A stretch of DNA of 63,834 bases, filler included, from Globobulimina sp. (GCA_003354225.1; 36 parts of 36 records of this genome joined end to end with filler, not necessarily neighbours in it); one strand, 5' to 3'; shown: positions 23,229 through 35,717, counted from the first letter of the whole stretch. The notes: generated from the sequence alone by a model not told the origin. Program-made: numbers and translations.

Positions 23229-24482
23229 ATGTCCTTAGTCGATAACACTCCAATAACATCGTCTGATGATGATAATGATGTTATCCATGGGAATGAAACC
23301 ATGGGTAATTTCACAGTCACCAATCTCGACGCAAACGAGACTCCACATTCTGATGACAATGATGATATCATCAACGACAACAACAACAACTTCATACAGA
23401 TCCATTACGAAGGCACAATGGAGAAATTCAGCATCACCAACCATCACGAAACATTATCAGATCTACGTCAGCGTATAAACACGCACAGTGACATGGAAAT
23501 GGGTGAATCGCATTATTTTCTATTACCACATAACAATGGCAACAATTATTACGATGAAGACGAGGAAGAATTGATCGCTTCCGGCAGATTAATATCCATT
23601 GATTCTGAACATATTCCATTACATACTTACTCCACAAAAACGATATCCGTTTATTGGAAATCATTTGAGTTACAAGTTTTGGACGGCATTGATTTGGAAT
23701 TAACCCTTCGCGTATCATCAGATTGGACCATTCATAAATTAAAAGAAGAGATCTCCGCCACACAAAATATAAAAATCAATCAGTTATCACATAACGGCAT
23801 GGAATTAATTGACAGCGATACGTTATCGTATCACGGTATAAATAAAACCGGATTTACATTGATATCACGTATCTCCATTACCATCGAAGATATGTCTTGC
23901 GATCTATCCACACAATTATTAATTTGCGAATTTTGGGACTTTGATAAGGTTTTGAGCACATATTTGGATGCTGAACGGAGGGAATTTCATGCGGAGGGAG
24001 CATTTTTTTATAGTGGAAAGAAAATTAATTTAAATGAGCAGGTTTATCAGAACAAGTTGGGCAATTCGAGCAAATTGGAGTATCGGGCCGGGAAATATGA
24101 TGTAAATATTTATGACAGTATTCAGGTGCAAGGGGATGATTTGAATGCAGTGAGGATGGAAGTGTATGATCAATGGACATTGGCTGATGTCAAGAAAGCA
24201 TATTCCAAGAAAACAAAGAAACCGTTTATGGAGAAAGAGAAGTTTTTGTCACAGGAACGGGAGTTGGAGGACGATGTTTCATTATGGAAGTTGAGGATTG
24301 CTGATAATGAGAAGTTGATAATACAGAGGGAACAGCAGGAGGTCAGTGTGGAATATATTTGTTGCGAATGTGGCTCCAAAGTCATTTTGAGGAGATACGA
24401 TTCGGTGCAATGTAGGCAATGTTTTCATGGCGCTGTCTATAAACAGAGAACAAAAAGAGTTTGCCAATATTCTTGCAGATGA
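23229..24482 (+). CDS. Multi-ubiquitin-like-domain protein fused to C-terminal RNA polymerase I/II/III subunit Rpb12 (RPABC4) zinc ribbon
   Basis: LTLRVSSDWTIHKLKEEI...LSHNGMELIDSDTLSYHGI and MEVYDQWTLADVKKAY...ELEDDVSLWKLRI Ubl units; C-terminus VEYICCECGSKVILRRYDSVQCRQCFHGAVYKQRTKRVCQYSCR*. Confidence 0.85.
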   Translation: MSLVDNTPITSSDDDNDVIHGNETMGNFTVTNLDANETPHSDDNDDIINDNNNNFIQIHYEGTMEKFSITNHHETLSDLRQRINTHSDMEMGESHYFLLPHNNGNNYYDEDEEELIASGRLISIDSEHIPLHTYSTKTISVYWKSFELQVLDGIDLELTLRVSSDWTIHKLKEEISATQNIKINQLSHNGMELIDSDTLSYHGINKTGFTLISRISITIEDMSCDLSTQLLICEFWDFDKVLSTYLDAERREFHAEGAFFYSGKKINLNEQVYQNKLGNSSKLEYRAGKYDVNIYDSIQVQGDDLNAVRMEVYDQWTLADVKKAYSKKTKKPFMEKEKFLSQERELEDDVSLWKLRIADNEKLIIQREQQEVSVEYICCECGSKVILRRYDSVQCRQCFHGAVYKQRTKRVCQYSCR

Positions 24483-24632
24483 ATTGCATGAGGGTTTATT
24501 TATTATTTTATTTATTCAATTTAGGTGTTTGGTAATTTTAATTTTTTATCCTTGCGCTCAGTGCGTAATGTTTTTACAAAAACGAGTGTTGTTACAAGTT
24601 ACAACTGACCTTAAATATAATAGTATTTTACC

Positions 24633-24772
24633 AAAAGGCAGTAATTTCGTGGCTAGAAACGTGTTTCCAAAAAACAGTTTTTAGGGTCAAGGGGCGCGCC
24701 CTTGTGGCGCCCCGAGCCCTTAACAACTGTTTTTTGGAAACACGTTTATAGCAGACAATAAACCTGCCTTTT
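24633..24772. repeat. Nested imperfect inverted repeat (about 140-bp hairpin; MITE- or structured-RNA-like)
   Basis: AAAAGGCAG/CTGCCTTTT outer arms; perfect 23-bp arms 24657-24679 and 24725-24747; inner GGGGCGC/GCGCCCC. Confidence 0.85.
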
Positions 24773-25026
24773 NNNNNNNNNNNNNNNNNNNNNNNNNNNN
24801 NNNNNNNNNNNNNNNNTTAATTAATTAANNNNNNNNNNNNNNNNNNNNNNNNNNNNNNNNNNNNNNNNNNNNCGTTATAATTGTGCTAAAGGCTTACAAT
24901 GGCAAACAAGATATGAAAATTTTTGATTTACAAAGACTTGTTGAATCCGCTGGCGATGTTTAGTTTAATAGGTAGCAGAAAGGTTTTTTTTTCAACATAA
25001 CATCATCAAAAATCCCTACACAAACA

Positions 25027-26430
25027 ATGGCTCACTTTGACGTCGATATGAACGAAAGAATCATCAATGAAGAATACAAAGTTTTGTTGTCCGCAATGAT
25101 ATCTTATCTACCAATTCTTTTGTAATCGGTAAACAACATAAAACTCCTAATTCAACTTTGCTCCTTGCACTTACAATTACAAAATAAACAGTTATGGAAA
25201 AAAAACTCACCGTTTTTATACGATATAATATTATCCTCCACATTAGAATGGCCCTCATTGACCGTGGAATGGCTACCAGACAAAAAATTAGTTACCGACT
25301 CCAACGATATCGACTATTCCATCCAACGGCTAATACTCTCCACACACACAAACGGCACCGAACAGGATTACTTACTCATCGCTCAAATAAAATTACCAAC
25401 CATCGACCCCAAGAAACTAAGTGAAAAATACAAGCATTCGTGCGATGTGTACGGTGGTTTTGGCGGCGCCGCCGGCAAATTTGAAATCATTCAAAAAATA
25501 CCGCATAACGGCGAAGCAAACCGTGCGCGATATATGCCACACAACGCCAACGTCATAGCGACAAAGACTGATATCGGACATGTCAACGTTTTCGACCGTA
25601 GAAAATACACAAATAAGCCCTCAAAAAACAGTACGTGTAAACCGACATTGACATTGCGAGGACATGCAAAGGGCGAAGGATATGGTTTGGAATGGAACAA
25701 ATATCGCGAAGGTTATTTATTGTCCTCTTCTGACGATGGAACGATATGTTTATGGGACATCAAACAAACGACCAGCGACACACTGCATATATTTAAGCCG
25801 CACAACAATAACAACAATGGGAAGACCAATGGCATTGAGGACATTTCATGGCATCAACGCGGGAATGGCTGCGGTGACATATTTGCGTCGGTGGGCGATG
25901 ACAAATGCATAAGTTTATGGGATTTGCGCAATGGAAACGCAAATAATATGAAACCGATTGGGATTAAAAAAAATGCACATAAATCCGGCATAAATTGTGT
26001 GGAGTTTTCGCCGTTTAATGAACATTTGTTGATAACGGGCGGCGGAGATAACAGTGTTTGTTTGTGGGATAAGCGTAATTTGGATAAGAAGTTGCATTCA
26101 TTGGAAGGACATTCGGATGAAATTTTCAGGGTTTCGTGGAGTCCGCATAGCGAAGTACATTTAGCGAGTTCGTCGGCGGATCGTCGCGTTATGATTTGGG
26201 ATTTGTCGCAGATTGGACACGAACAGGCCTCGGATGAAGCGGAGGATGGTCCGCCGGAATTGATGTTCATTCACGGCGGGCATAGAGGCGGAGTGACGGA
26301 TTTTTCATGGAATAAAAACGATCCTTGGGTCATTGTGAGCATTGCGGCAAACAATGTTATGCAATGTTGGCAAATGACTGATGAGTTACTTACTTTTGAT
26401 GATTGTTCTGCGCATGTTCAGTTAGAATAA
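25027..26430 (+). CDS. RBBP4: Histone-binding WD40 protein RBBP4/RBBP7/MSI1 (CAF-1 small subunit); intron 25081-25191
   Basis: ERIINEEYK|LWKKNSPFLYD..LEWPSLTVEWLP; NRARYMP; WD repeats; EDGPPELMFIHGGH. Confidence 0.96.
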
Positions 26431-26648
26431 ACTTTGAGTCTGTTTTTTTTCGTGTTAATTGCTTGTTTCAATAAAGTTAAAGGACCAAGGTCAACCTGGC
26501 CATAGGCATCAAAGTATTCGTCTCCGGTAATTTTTAGTGTTCGTTTTCNNNNNNNNNNNNNNNNNNNNNNNNNNNNNNNNNNNNNNNNNNNNTTAATTAA
26601 TTAANNNNNNNNNNNNNNNNNNNNNNNNNNNNNNNNNNNNNNNNNNNN

Positions 26649-28324
26649 ATGCTGCTCAAATAAATGATATTTTACAGATTGCTGCACTTTTTGATACGCA
26701 TTTTTTTGTTTTAATGCTTTATTTCCCAATGGAACGCGTAAATTCTCCTTATCGGTCTCGAATTCTTTCACCATATTCTCAATATTATTACTCTTTTTAT
26801 TCTTATATTTGATCAATAATTTCGCATATTTTTCATCTTTGATTTTCATGCTTTCCTTATACGCTTTGAATTGTTTTGTATCATTGTTCCAATTCCTTTT
26901 TAACGAAGCATATAATGCGCGATGTACAACACATTGAAAGCGCATCACATTATTTTCGGATTTTAACTCACTTTCACTTTGTTCCAATGATGATTGCAAT
27001 TCATTTAATGCAGATTGCCTCGTTTCAATTTGTTGCGAAGAGGTTTGAGTAAATAGACTGTATTCATCACGCATTTCAGCATAAGTTCTGGAAACTAAAT
27101 CGTGTTCAACTTTTAATTTATTTAATGCAGTTTGCCTCGTTTCGATTTGCTGCGAAGAGGTTTGTTTAAATTGGTGATATTCTTCACGGATTTCCGCATA
27201 CGCTCTGCTAACTAAATCATGTTCGACTTTTAACTCTTTATAGGCACTTTGAATGGGTGTGATTTCTTGTAATAATTCATTATATGATGTGGTTATATGT
27301 TCAATATCTTGCTGTTTAGTCTCAATCGATGCATTTAATTCTTTCATTTTACCATTTTCTAGTTTCAACTGCTCATTTTCTGCATTACTCTCTTTCAATA
27401 ATTGACTGCTTTCATCATATAATTGCGAAATATTTCCGTATTCGGATATCAATTTTTCATTTTCTAATTTATCTTTCGTGAGTTGTTCCATTTGGGTTTG
27501 TAATTCATTTATTTCCGTACTAAATTCATCTCTTTGTCGTGCAAACTTATTTTGTAATTTATTATTAATTCCTTGTATTTTTGATGATAATTGTTGATGA
27601 ACAACCGATTGAAACTGTAACTGTACCACTTTACTTTGTTCATCTTCTAACTGTTTACATAACGTATCCTTCACTTCATTGCGCGGTGTATTATGCACCG
27701 TCAATTCGTCCAAAACGACATTTAATTCCTTTAATTCCTTATCATGACATTTATTCATATCATGTATTTGTTGCTGTTGATCGTTAATAATTTGTTGTGA
27801 GTGCTCAATTTGTTGTTTATAGACATCGATATCCGAATTAAACGAAGCACTCACTTTTCCGAGCACACTCTCCAAAGAGTTAACTTTGTTATTTTGTTGC
27901 GATATCTTTACTAAAATGTCATTCCAACACAAATTACGGTTGCAATCAATATCAATTTGCAATAAATTGGTAATTTCCGATAGAAAATGTTTAATTTGAT
28001 TGGAGCTGTTTAGCAACACATTGATTTCACTTATTTTAGTTTGCAGAGCTTTTTCGTACTCATTCCTCGTTGCGTCCACTTGTTCCGATAAGCGAGCAAT
28101 AGTCTCATTTTTATGCGACAATAATTGCTCAGTGTGGGCGTGAGATGCCTCTAACTGTGCATGTGCTGAATGTAGCAATACCTTCATATTACTGTTGGTG
28201 CTGTCTGCGCTGATTTGTAATAAGTTACTCGGCGTTGGAACTGTATCCAAATCTGAATCTTCTGAGCCACTTTGATTCGAATTGGATGTATCTTCTTTGC
28301 TGACTTTTGTTGAATCATTTGTTT
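26649..28324 (-). CDS. Long coiled-coil protein, partial
   Basis: About 550-aa Q/E/K/L-rich heptad ORF; internal 39-aa duplication. Confidence 0.75.
27002..27235. repeat. 117-bp tandem duplication within the coiled-coil CDS
   Basis: LKVEHDLVSR(A/T)YAE(I/M)R(E/D)EY..F(K/T)QTSSQQIETRQ(T/S)ALN twice. Confidence 0.85.
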
Positions 28325-28649
28325 NNNNNNNNNNNNNNNNNNNNNNNNNNNNNNNNNNNNNNNNNNNNTTAATTAATTAANNNNNNNNNNNNNNNNNNNN
28401 NNNNNNNNNNNNNNNNNNNNNNNNTTATTGTTTCTGAGAAACGAAGGCAAACCTATATTGTTTTTACCTTTATCAGTCACCAGAAACGGTTTGCGTATAC
28501 CTTGCCCCAATAAAAATCTGACGCTGAAGACCGGATGCTCTTTTCATTTCGAGTGTTTTGGGTTTTTGAGCAAATAGTTTATTATCTCCGAATATTTGTT
28601 ATTTTGCCCATCCTTTCGTTATCACAACTAAGTATCAATTAATGTATCA

Positions 28650-29939
28650 ATGGTAGTAAATTCAATTAATACATCAATGTCATTCGATCATTTATCATTA
28701 CCACCAGAGAATTCGAATTATAATAAACCACCAAATCTAGTCACAATGAATACCAATACACCAAACTCATTAAAACATCCAACATCGCCACACTTCCAAT
28801 TCCAATACAAACATTCAAAAAACAAGCATTTATCGCAAAAAATACATAAAAAAAAGAAAAATCGGAACAAACAAAACCAACACAAAAAGAAAAAATTAAT
28901 CAAAATAAAACAAATTAAACATACAAGCAAAAAACACTCAAAACACAAAAAACCAAAATTAAAAAAATCATTATCATTATCTTCACTCACTCAAAACGAC
29001 GATGATTTTGCATATATGAATAAACACAACGAACACAACGAAATGAATCAAAAACATAAAAAAATCCAAGTGATTAATAATAAGTTACCATATTATTACC
29101 TCCACACAACGTCGACATCCAATAAAAACCTAAATAACTATAATTATAACAAAGCGAAACCAAACATAATTTGGGTGCAATCACCTTCGCCGATGTTAGT
29201 GCCTACAAATATAGCCACAAATGACCCCAACACACATCAGCAACAATGCACTGTTTCCAGTGTATCCTCTCCATTCTTGTTACCTGTTTCTATGCCACTT
29301 CACAGAAACGCTTGCACTGAAAACACGGACAATTCTCTCGCTCAAAAAGCAAACTTAAGCCAGTCACCATTTCAGTCACCGCTGATGGAGTCCGTGGAGC
29401 TAACAAACAGCGGTGAGCTGTTAATGGGCTTCGAGTCGGGGAATGCAAATATTTTATTTCATTCCTTATCAAAAATTGGCGACTTGTTGCCACAACGAAG
29501 CAATTGCCAAATATCTGTGGTCTCTGATTATAAATATGAAGGATTGGAGAATTATGGCAATGCGGACAGAGTACAGTATGGAATTAATAATTGTTTGAAT
29601 ACGTTGAAATCTATAAATAATTTCAAGGGCAGTTATACAGCGAAGCAGTTATCATTGGACAAATTGGATGAAATGGAACGTATAATCAATGAGTTGAGGG
29701 ATAAAATAAGTGAAGAAAAGAAATGTGATACGGATACAAATGCGTCGGATAATGAACAGACCGATAGCAGTTTTTTGAGATCGCATTTGTCGGTGAATAC
29801 AAACACTTCGGATGAGGAACATGAGGATGAAGATGGATATGACGATGATGACAGTAATCAGAGTATGATTGCTGGAGTCAGATTTATTGAACATCCAACA
29901 AATAATGGAGCACAGGACAAGGTTGAATATTATGACTAA
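28650..29939 (+). CDS. Hypothetical low-complexity protein (basic N-half, acidic C-terminus)
   Basis: 429-aa ATG-to-stop ORF; K/H/N-rich NLS-like block; short coiled coil; D/E tail. Confidence 0.65.
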   Translation: MVVNSINTSMSFDHLSLPPENSNYNKPPNLVTMNTNTPNSLKHPTSPHFQFQYKHSKNKHLSQKIHKKKKNRNKQNQHKKKKLIKIKQIKHTSKKHSKHKKPKLKKSLSLSSLTQNDDDFAYMNKHNEHNEMNQKHKKIQVINNKLPYYYLHTTSTSNKNLNNYNYNKAKPNIIWVQSPSPMLVPTNIATNDPNTHQQQCTVSSVSSPFLLPVSMPLHRNACTENTDNSLAQKANLSQSPFQSPLMESVELTNSGELLMGFESGNANILFHSLSKIGDLLPQRSNCQISVVSDYKYEGLENYGNADRVQYGINNCLNTLKSINNFKGSYTAKQLSLDKLDEMERIINELRDKISEEKKCDTDTNASDNEQTDSSFLRSHLSVNTNTSDEEHEDEDGYDDDDSNQSMIAGVRFIEHPTNNGAQDKVEYYD

Positions 29940-30202
29940 TATTTGAGTTTGGTGTATTTATTTGTATTGTTTTTAATTCAGTGTTTTTACTTCGTCTGTT
30001 TCTGGATCAATTTTAAGATAACATTATTTTTTTTTAATCTTTTTCTGAAATTGATTTGTATTTAATTGATATTACTGTGCCTTTTGTGTGTTTATTGACA
30101 NNNNNNNNNNNNNNNNNNNNNNNNNNNNNNNNNNNNNNNNNNNNTTAATTAATTAANNNNNNNNNNNNNNNNNNNNNNNNNNNNNNNNNNNNNNNNNNNN
30201 GA

Positions 30203-31876
30203 ACCTACGCTGATTTTAATCCAGGTTCATACCAACCAATAAATACAGAACCGCAGGCCAAAAGATTCCGATCATTGTCGATTAGCCCACAAAAATCACC
30301 ATCTGCAACATCGCAGTCGCAGATAGAAACACTTATTCAAAAATATTTAACCAAACTTGGTCACAATTCGTTCCGTGCATCACAAAAGGAAACAATAACA
30401 GATATTGTAAATGGTTCTAATGTATTTTTATCCGCCGCAACAGGCAGCGGTAAATCCTTATGTTTCCAAATCGCTATTTTGGCTAGAAACGAATTACATA
30501 ATTCTGCTATGTTAGACAATAAACCAGCAATCGGCATAGTGATATCACCATTAATTGCTTTGATGTCCGATCAAGTCAACAAATTACAAAGCAAAGGGAT
30601 AAATGCAGTGTATTGGAATTCCACATTAAATGATGCTGAAAGGGATGAGGTTAAATACAATCTACGAATTGGTAATATTGATATTGTGTACACCACTCCA
30701 GAATCATTATTGTCGCGGACTAATGGCATAAAAAAATTATTGATTAAACATCGAGCAGTAACAACATTCTGCATTGATGAGACACATTGTATTATTACGT
30801 GGGGCAGCTCATTCCGTCCATCCTATTTTGATATGGCTAAATCATTGAAAGATTTTAACAATCCAACAGTTTTAGCATGCACTGCTACTGTTCCTCCTGT
30901 AATGAAATCTGATATCATACGAAATTTAAACATTAAACACAATGTTATACAGCATTTATTACCCTCAAATCGACCAAATATTGAATTAAATATTGAGTTG
31001 CGGTGCTCAAAAACAGATATATTTATAAGAGCAGTTCATTTGATTGGATGCATTCATCAGAAATATGATTTAAATAAAAATTGCATCATTGTATTTGGTG
31101 GAATGATCAAAACAGCAACGCAATTTTATGAATATTTGAAGAATGAGTCTTCATTGGATATTGTGCCTGGATTATATCACAGCAAAATTAAAAAGCATGA
31201 AAAGAAAGGAATATTGAATGATTTTATGAATGGTTCGAAGAATGTAATTGTAGCCACTTCGGGTTTTGGAATGGGAATTGACAAAGCAAATGTTCGCTGT
31301 GTTATCCATTTAGCAATGCCTCCAAATCCTGAAGAGTGGGCACAACAAATTGGCAGAGCTGGCAGAGATGGCTTGCAATCACATGCATATTTATTAACAT
31401 CTCCTTATGATAGGTTTGCAAGTTATTGTGTTAGCAAAGCATGCAAAGCAAATATACGAGAAACAATGGGATATTTGTTTGGAAGTTATCGGGTGAATTG
31501 TGATCGAAAAATTGGAACATTCCTACAAATTTATAAGAGAATGCATGGTATTCCTGAAGATTATGCAGCATTCGAGGAAATGTCATTTGAGGAAATGTTT
31601 GGATTTAAGGAATATTTTCATTCTATGAAAATATTGCAAAGATATGGTATTATTCATAAAGCAGGGAATAGTGTGTATTTATTGAAGAAAGATGCAGAGA
31701 ATATAGATTGGGAGGAAGTGGATAAAATTGATGCAAAGAATATGAATAGTTTTTTGGAGATGACTGCTATGATAAGACAAGGGGAGTGTATAAGAAAACG
31801 TTTGTTGGCGTATTTTGAGGAAGAATATGTAACTTCAAACGACAATAAATTCCCTTGTTGCTCATATTGTCAACAA
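30203..31876 (+). CDS. recQ: RecQ-family DNA helicase, partial at both ends
   Basis: FRASQKETI, ATGSGKSLCFQ, ISPLIALMSDQV, IDETH, WGSSFRPSY, VATSGFGMGIDK, QQIGRAGRDG, CIRKRLLAYF..CCSYC. Confidence 0.95.
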
Positions 31877-31976
31877 NNNNNNNNNNNNNNNNNNNNNNNN
31901 NNNNNNNNNNNNNNNNNNNNTTAATTAATTAANNNNNNNNNNNNNNNNNNNNNNNNNNNNNNNNNNNNNNNNNNNN

Positions 31977-32220
31977 CTTTGTAATCAAATGACTGTTCAG
32001 TAACTGACGGAAACGGAAGAACAACTTTAGGAAGAGAGTTGCTGGGACCCAAACTGCCAGCAGAGCGTAGAGCCTCGACGGTTTGTTGAGCAATGGTACG
32101 ACCCAAAGTAAGGGCATCAGCGACAGTCAATGCTTGGTCATTCGAAGCAGAAGGCGTCAAATTAGCCTGTGTCGTCGGTGTCAGCAAAGTTTGTGACGTT
32201 TCAGCAGTTTCAGTTTCCAT
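31977..32220 (-). CDS. N-terminus of an unknown protein (possibly gag-like), in a mostly non-coding contig unlike the main genome
   Basis: ATG-initiated ORF running off contig; more GC-rich than the flanking non-coding DNA. Confidence 0.35.
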
Positions 32221-33541
32221 ATTGAAGTGAACAAAAGTGATAAATGGCTGATTTAGATAAACGACACAAAGAATGAAATAGCTAAGAACGAACGAACGGC
32301 CGGATTTCGTCTACCAAAACGCCGTGAATGAATAGGCTTCTCCTCCTCTGCTCAACCCTAACGAAAACACCAAAAAACTAGACAAAGAACCTATACAAAA
32401 ATGGCTGAGAACCCGCCCCCATGGAGCCTGGAAATGACTAAGCACATTTCCAAAATAAATACATTTATTTTTTACGATTTTCTACAAAAATAAAATATTT
32501 ACTTGTTTTAAAGTGCTATGTGTCCATACAGAGCAGAAGTTTATTGATGGATGACAGTTTTTGTTCAGTTTTATTTATTTATTTAGCAACATTATTTAAA
32601 CTAAGACAAGTCAAACTCTAACAATATCGTTGTTTGAAATCCTTAACTCCTTTTACAAATTCAATGCAACATTATTAGCCAACTCATATTGTTCACTTTT
32701 GAAAAGAGATTGAGTTATCCTTGATGGTACAATTATATAATATAACTATGTACACTTGACGTGATGAATAATGTTGCAGTAAACAGTTAACATAAACAAA
32801 ACAAAATTGACCGCAATCAATAGTAAATGGGCGTTTTGTATTAAAAATTTCTAATTAGTCAAACATGAATTCCAAATTTGGAATGTAGGCCCTTATATTA
32901 GTCTAAAAGCATGTTTTCAAATTTAGTTTTCTAAAAAATAATGCTTGAAATTAAGATTTTTAAATTTTTTTGTTTGAACCTCTGATTTTTTGCCAGTTTC
33001 AAATGATGGCATATCATTATGACATTTTCGAGCATTATTGATTAAAAATGTGATCTGTCATTCATAGTAGTATTGTGAAAGCCAATGTCACTATTTAATT
33101 GAGATATCTGATCAATCTATTAATCGATAATCGATATAGGTTACGGAAAATTTACATAAAACCGATATTTCAATATCGATTATCGATTAATTTTGTGATC
33201 GAACACAAAAACAGATACCGGCATTGGATTCGGCGACCTCGAAAACCTTAGTCAACGATGTGAATAGAAAATTATACGAATTTTTTTTTTGACCAAAATA
33301 AATTTTCAAATTTGATGACCATTTGCATTGGGCATTGGCTATAAATTAACCTTTTTGCTTGTAAATCGGTCAATTTTCAAAATAAACTGCTGAAATTTGG
33401 AATATAGGGTAAGGAAATATGCTTGTTTCCATGCATTATACAAAAATTCGAAAAACTACAGTAACCCTGGTCCCAGCACGAAAAGTTTGATTTTAGTCAA
33501 TTATATACAAAATTGAAAATAAAATCAGAAATAAAAGGAGG

Positions 33542-33652
33542 GTAATGCAATGCATGGCAAGTGTAATTCAGTGAATGTCGGGTGTAATGTTCATTGCAGA
33601 ACGTGTAATGCAATGCATGGCAAGTGTAATTCAGTGAATGTCGAGTGTAATG
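33542..33652. repeat. 63-bp tandem repeat at contig end
   Basis: gtaatgcaatgcatggcaagtgtaattcagtgaatgtcg at 33542 and 33605. Confidence 0.85.
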
Positions 33653-33923
33653 NNNNNNNNNNNNNNNNNNNNNNNNNNNNNNNNNNNNNNNNNNNNTTAA
33701 TTAATTAANNNNNNNNNNNNNNNNNNNNNNNNNNNNNNNNNNNNNNNNNNNNTCAGGTCAAACGATACTGAATTCTTGTTGTTGTGCTAGATGGTACGTC
33801 GGAGCAGTGGACAGTTTATGCAGAGAATCAAGAACGGAAAAAAACGTTATGAATTAATGTGCTAAATTTGCTCTAATAATAAACATCATATTTACACTTA
33901 TTTTACAGTTTGTGATGTATAAA

Positions 33924-35238
33924 TTAATACTCTTCCTCATCCGCGTATTCATTTTGCATTCGTAATAATGAATCCTCATCAGAATCATCATCAATTTTAA
34001 TATTCAACGCGTTCCGTTTCCCCATTATGGTTGGTAATGATGGCGGGACATTAACTATTGGTACATTCACATTATGCACATTAATATTATTTGATATTGT
34101 TCGTTGATGTTGATGTTGTAAGTGTTGTTGCTTATAATTATTATAATTATTTGTAGGTACAATATGTGCAGGCGATGCTGCTGGTTTATGTTGCTTTGTT
34201 TTATATGAATTCCAATCAAATGTAGATTTTAATTGTGTTTTATCCGTAATCTTTTGTCCTTTCACCGTATATTTCCAATCTATTGTTATTCCATCATCTG
34301 TCATCTCTACATTTGCATTGATATTATCATGGTCAGTTTTTGTTTTCTTTTTTGTACAATAAATAATAAGAATCAGTATTATCACAATCAACACACATCC
34401 AACAACAACTAAAATGATTATAAATATCAGTATATCCATGCCAATAATTTCATCTTTTTTAGATGTATCAGACACATTATAAATTGCATCCATTTTGAAC
34501 TGAATATTTGTAACTGCCCAATATTTATCATCATCTTCATAAGGTGACGAATAATCAAATTTAGATGCAAATGAAATTGCAATTGCTGTGTTTGCCTTAT
34601 CTCAAACATAAATATTTCGGAGTTTATTAATAAAAAAAGTTTTTTTGTAAATAAAAAGCGTTTTTGTATTATACCTGATGTGGTTTGCTGGTCACGATGC
34701 CATCAATGGTCCATACAGTGGTATCGCCAGGAATTTGATCACATTTATCGTATAAAATAGGATCAGAATCAAATACATTTATAGTGAATGTTTGTGTATT
34801 GAATGGATAATTATTTGTAGCATAGCCATAATCATATGCATCGAGCCAATAATATATATTTTCTGTATCACCTACAGTCACTGTAACAATATCTGTTAGA
34901 TTCAATATGTCGCATCCGAATATCAACGTAAATGTTACGGTTAATGTACCATACTTTGATAATTGAATATCATTGCGAGATAATTGTGATATGTATGCTC
35001 GTTGGTTGCTGTTTATGCTCGTATTGCTATTTGAATTGCCACCAAATAGTCCATGATATTTTTCATTTGGAAATGTGTTGCTGTGTAATACTATGTCACC
35101 GTTAACCCAGCCGCCATCAGAATTGCTGCTATATACACTCCAATCATCATATATTCTAGAATCAGATGATAATAATTTTGCAGGCGCGTGGGTGATGCCG
35201 ATATAGACACATAAAACGTGTATCAAACTTGACGACAT
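33924..35238 (-). CDS. Type I membrane protein (signal peptide, ectodomain, TM, cytoplasmic tail), intron-split
   Basis: MSSSLIHVLCVYIGITHA signal-like; TM ILIFIIILVVVGCVLIVIILILIIYC followed by KKKTK; splice donor near 34676. Confidence 0.65.
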
Positions 35239-35717
35239 GCAAATATCTAGTGATTTTCTGACGGTTATCACGGTACGGTGTACAAACTTGTGAAACGAAT
35301 GTAAAGACGACAACGACTAATCACGGCAAGTTGGTAAAATTCTTTACTCCAAAAATTAATACACAAATTTATTTTATTTTATTTAATAATGTAATATGAA
35401 AAATTTAATTAATGTAATAGTGATAATANNNNNNNNNNNNNNNNNNNNNNNNNNNNNNNNNNNNNNNNNNNNTTAATTAATTAANNNNNNNNNNNNNNNN
35501 NNNNNNNNNNNNNNNNNNNNNNNNNNNNGAGATAAATTATTGTGGTCAGCGATTAACTCCAAAAGTTGAACTCCGATCATCACAATGAAAATCAGGTCAA
35601 TAGTTGTGACTGTAGTGTTAGAAATATCAATTTCATGGGATAGTCACACAAAAAAAGTAAACCAACCCACACTATCCACGAAATTAAATAAATTATCAGC
35701 ACATTTAACGTATTCTC

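Noticed and set aside
32300-32325. Possible LTR primer-binding site (TGGTAGACGAAATCC on the minus strand)
   Set aside because: No convincing match to a tRNA 3' end, no CA LTR terminus just before it and no second LTR
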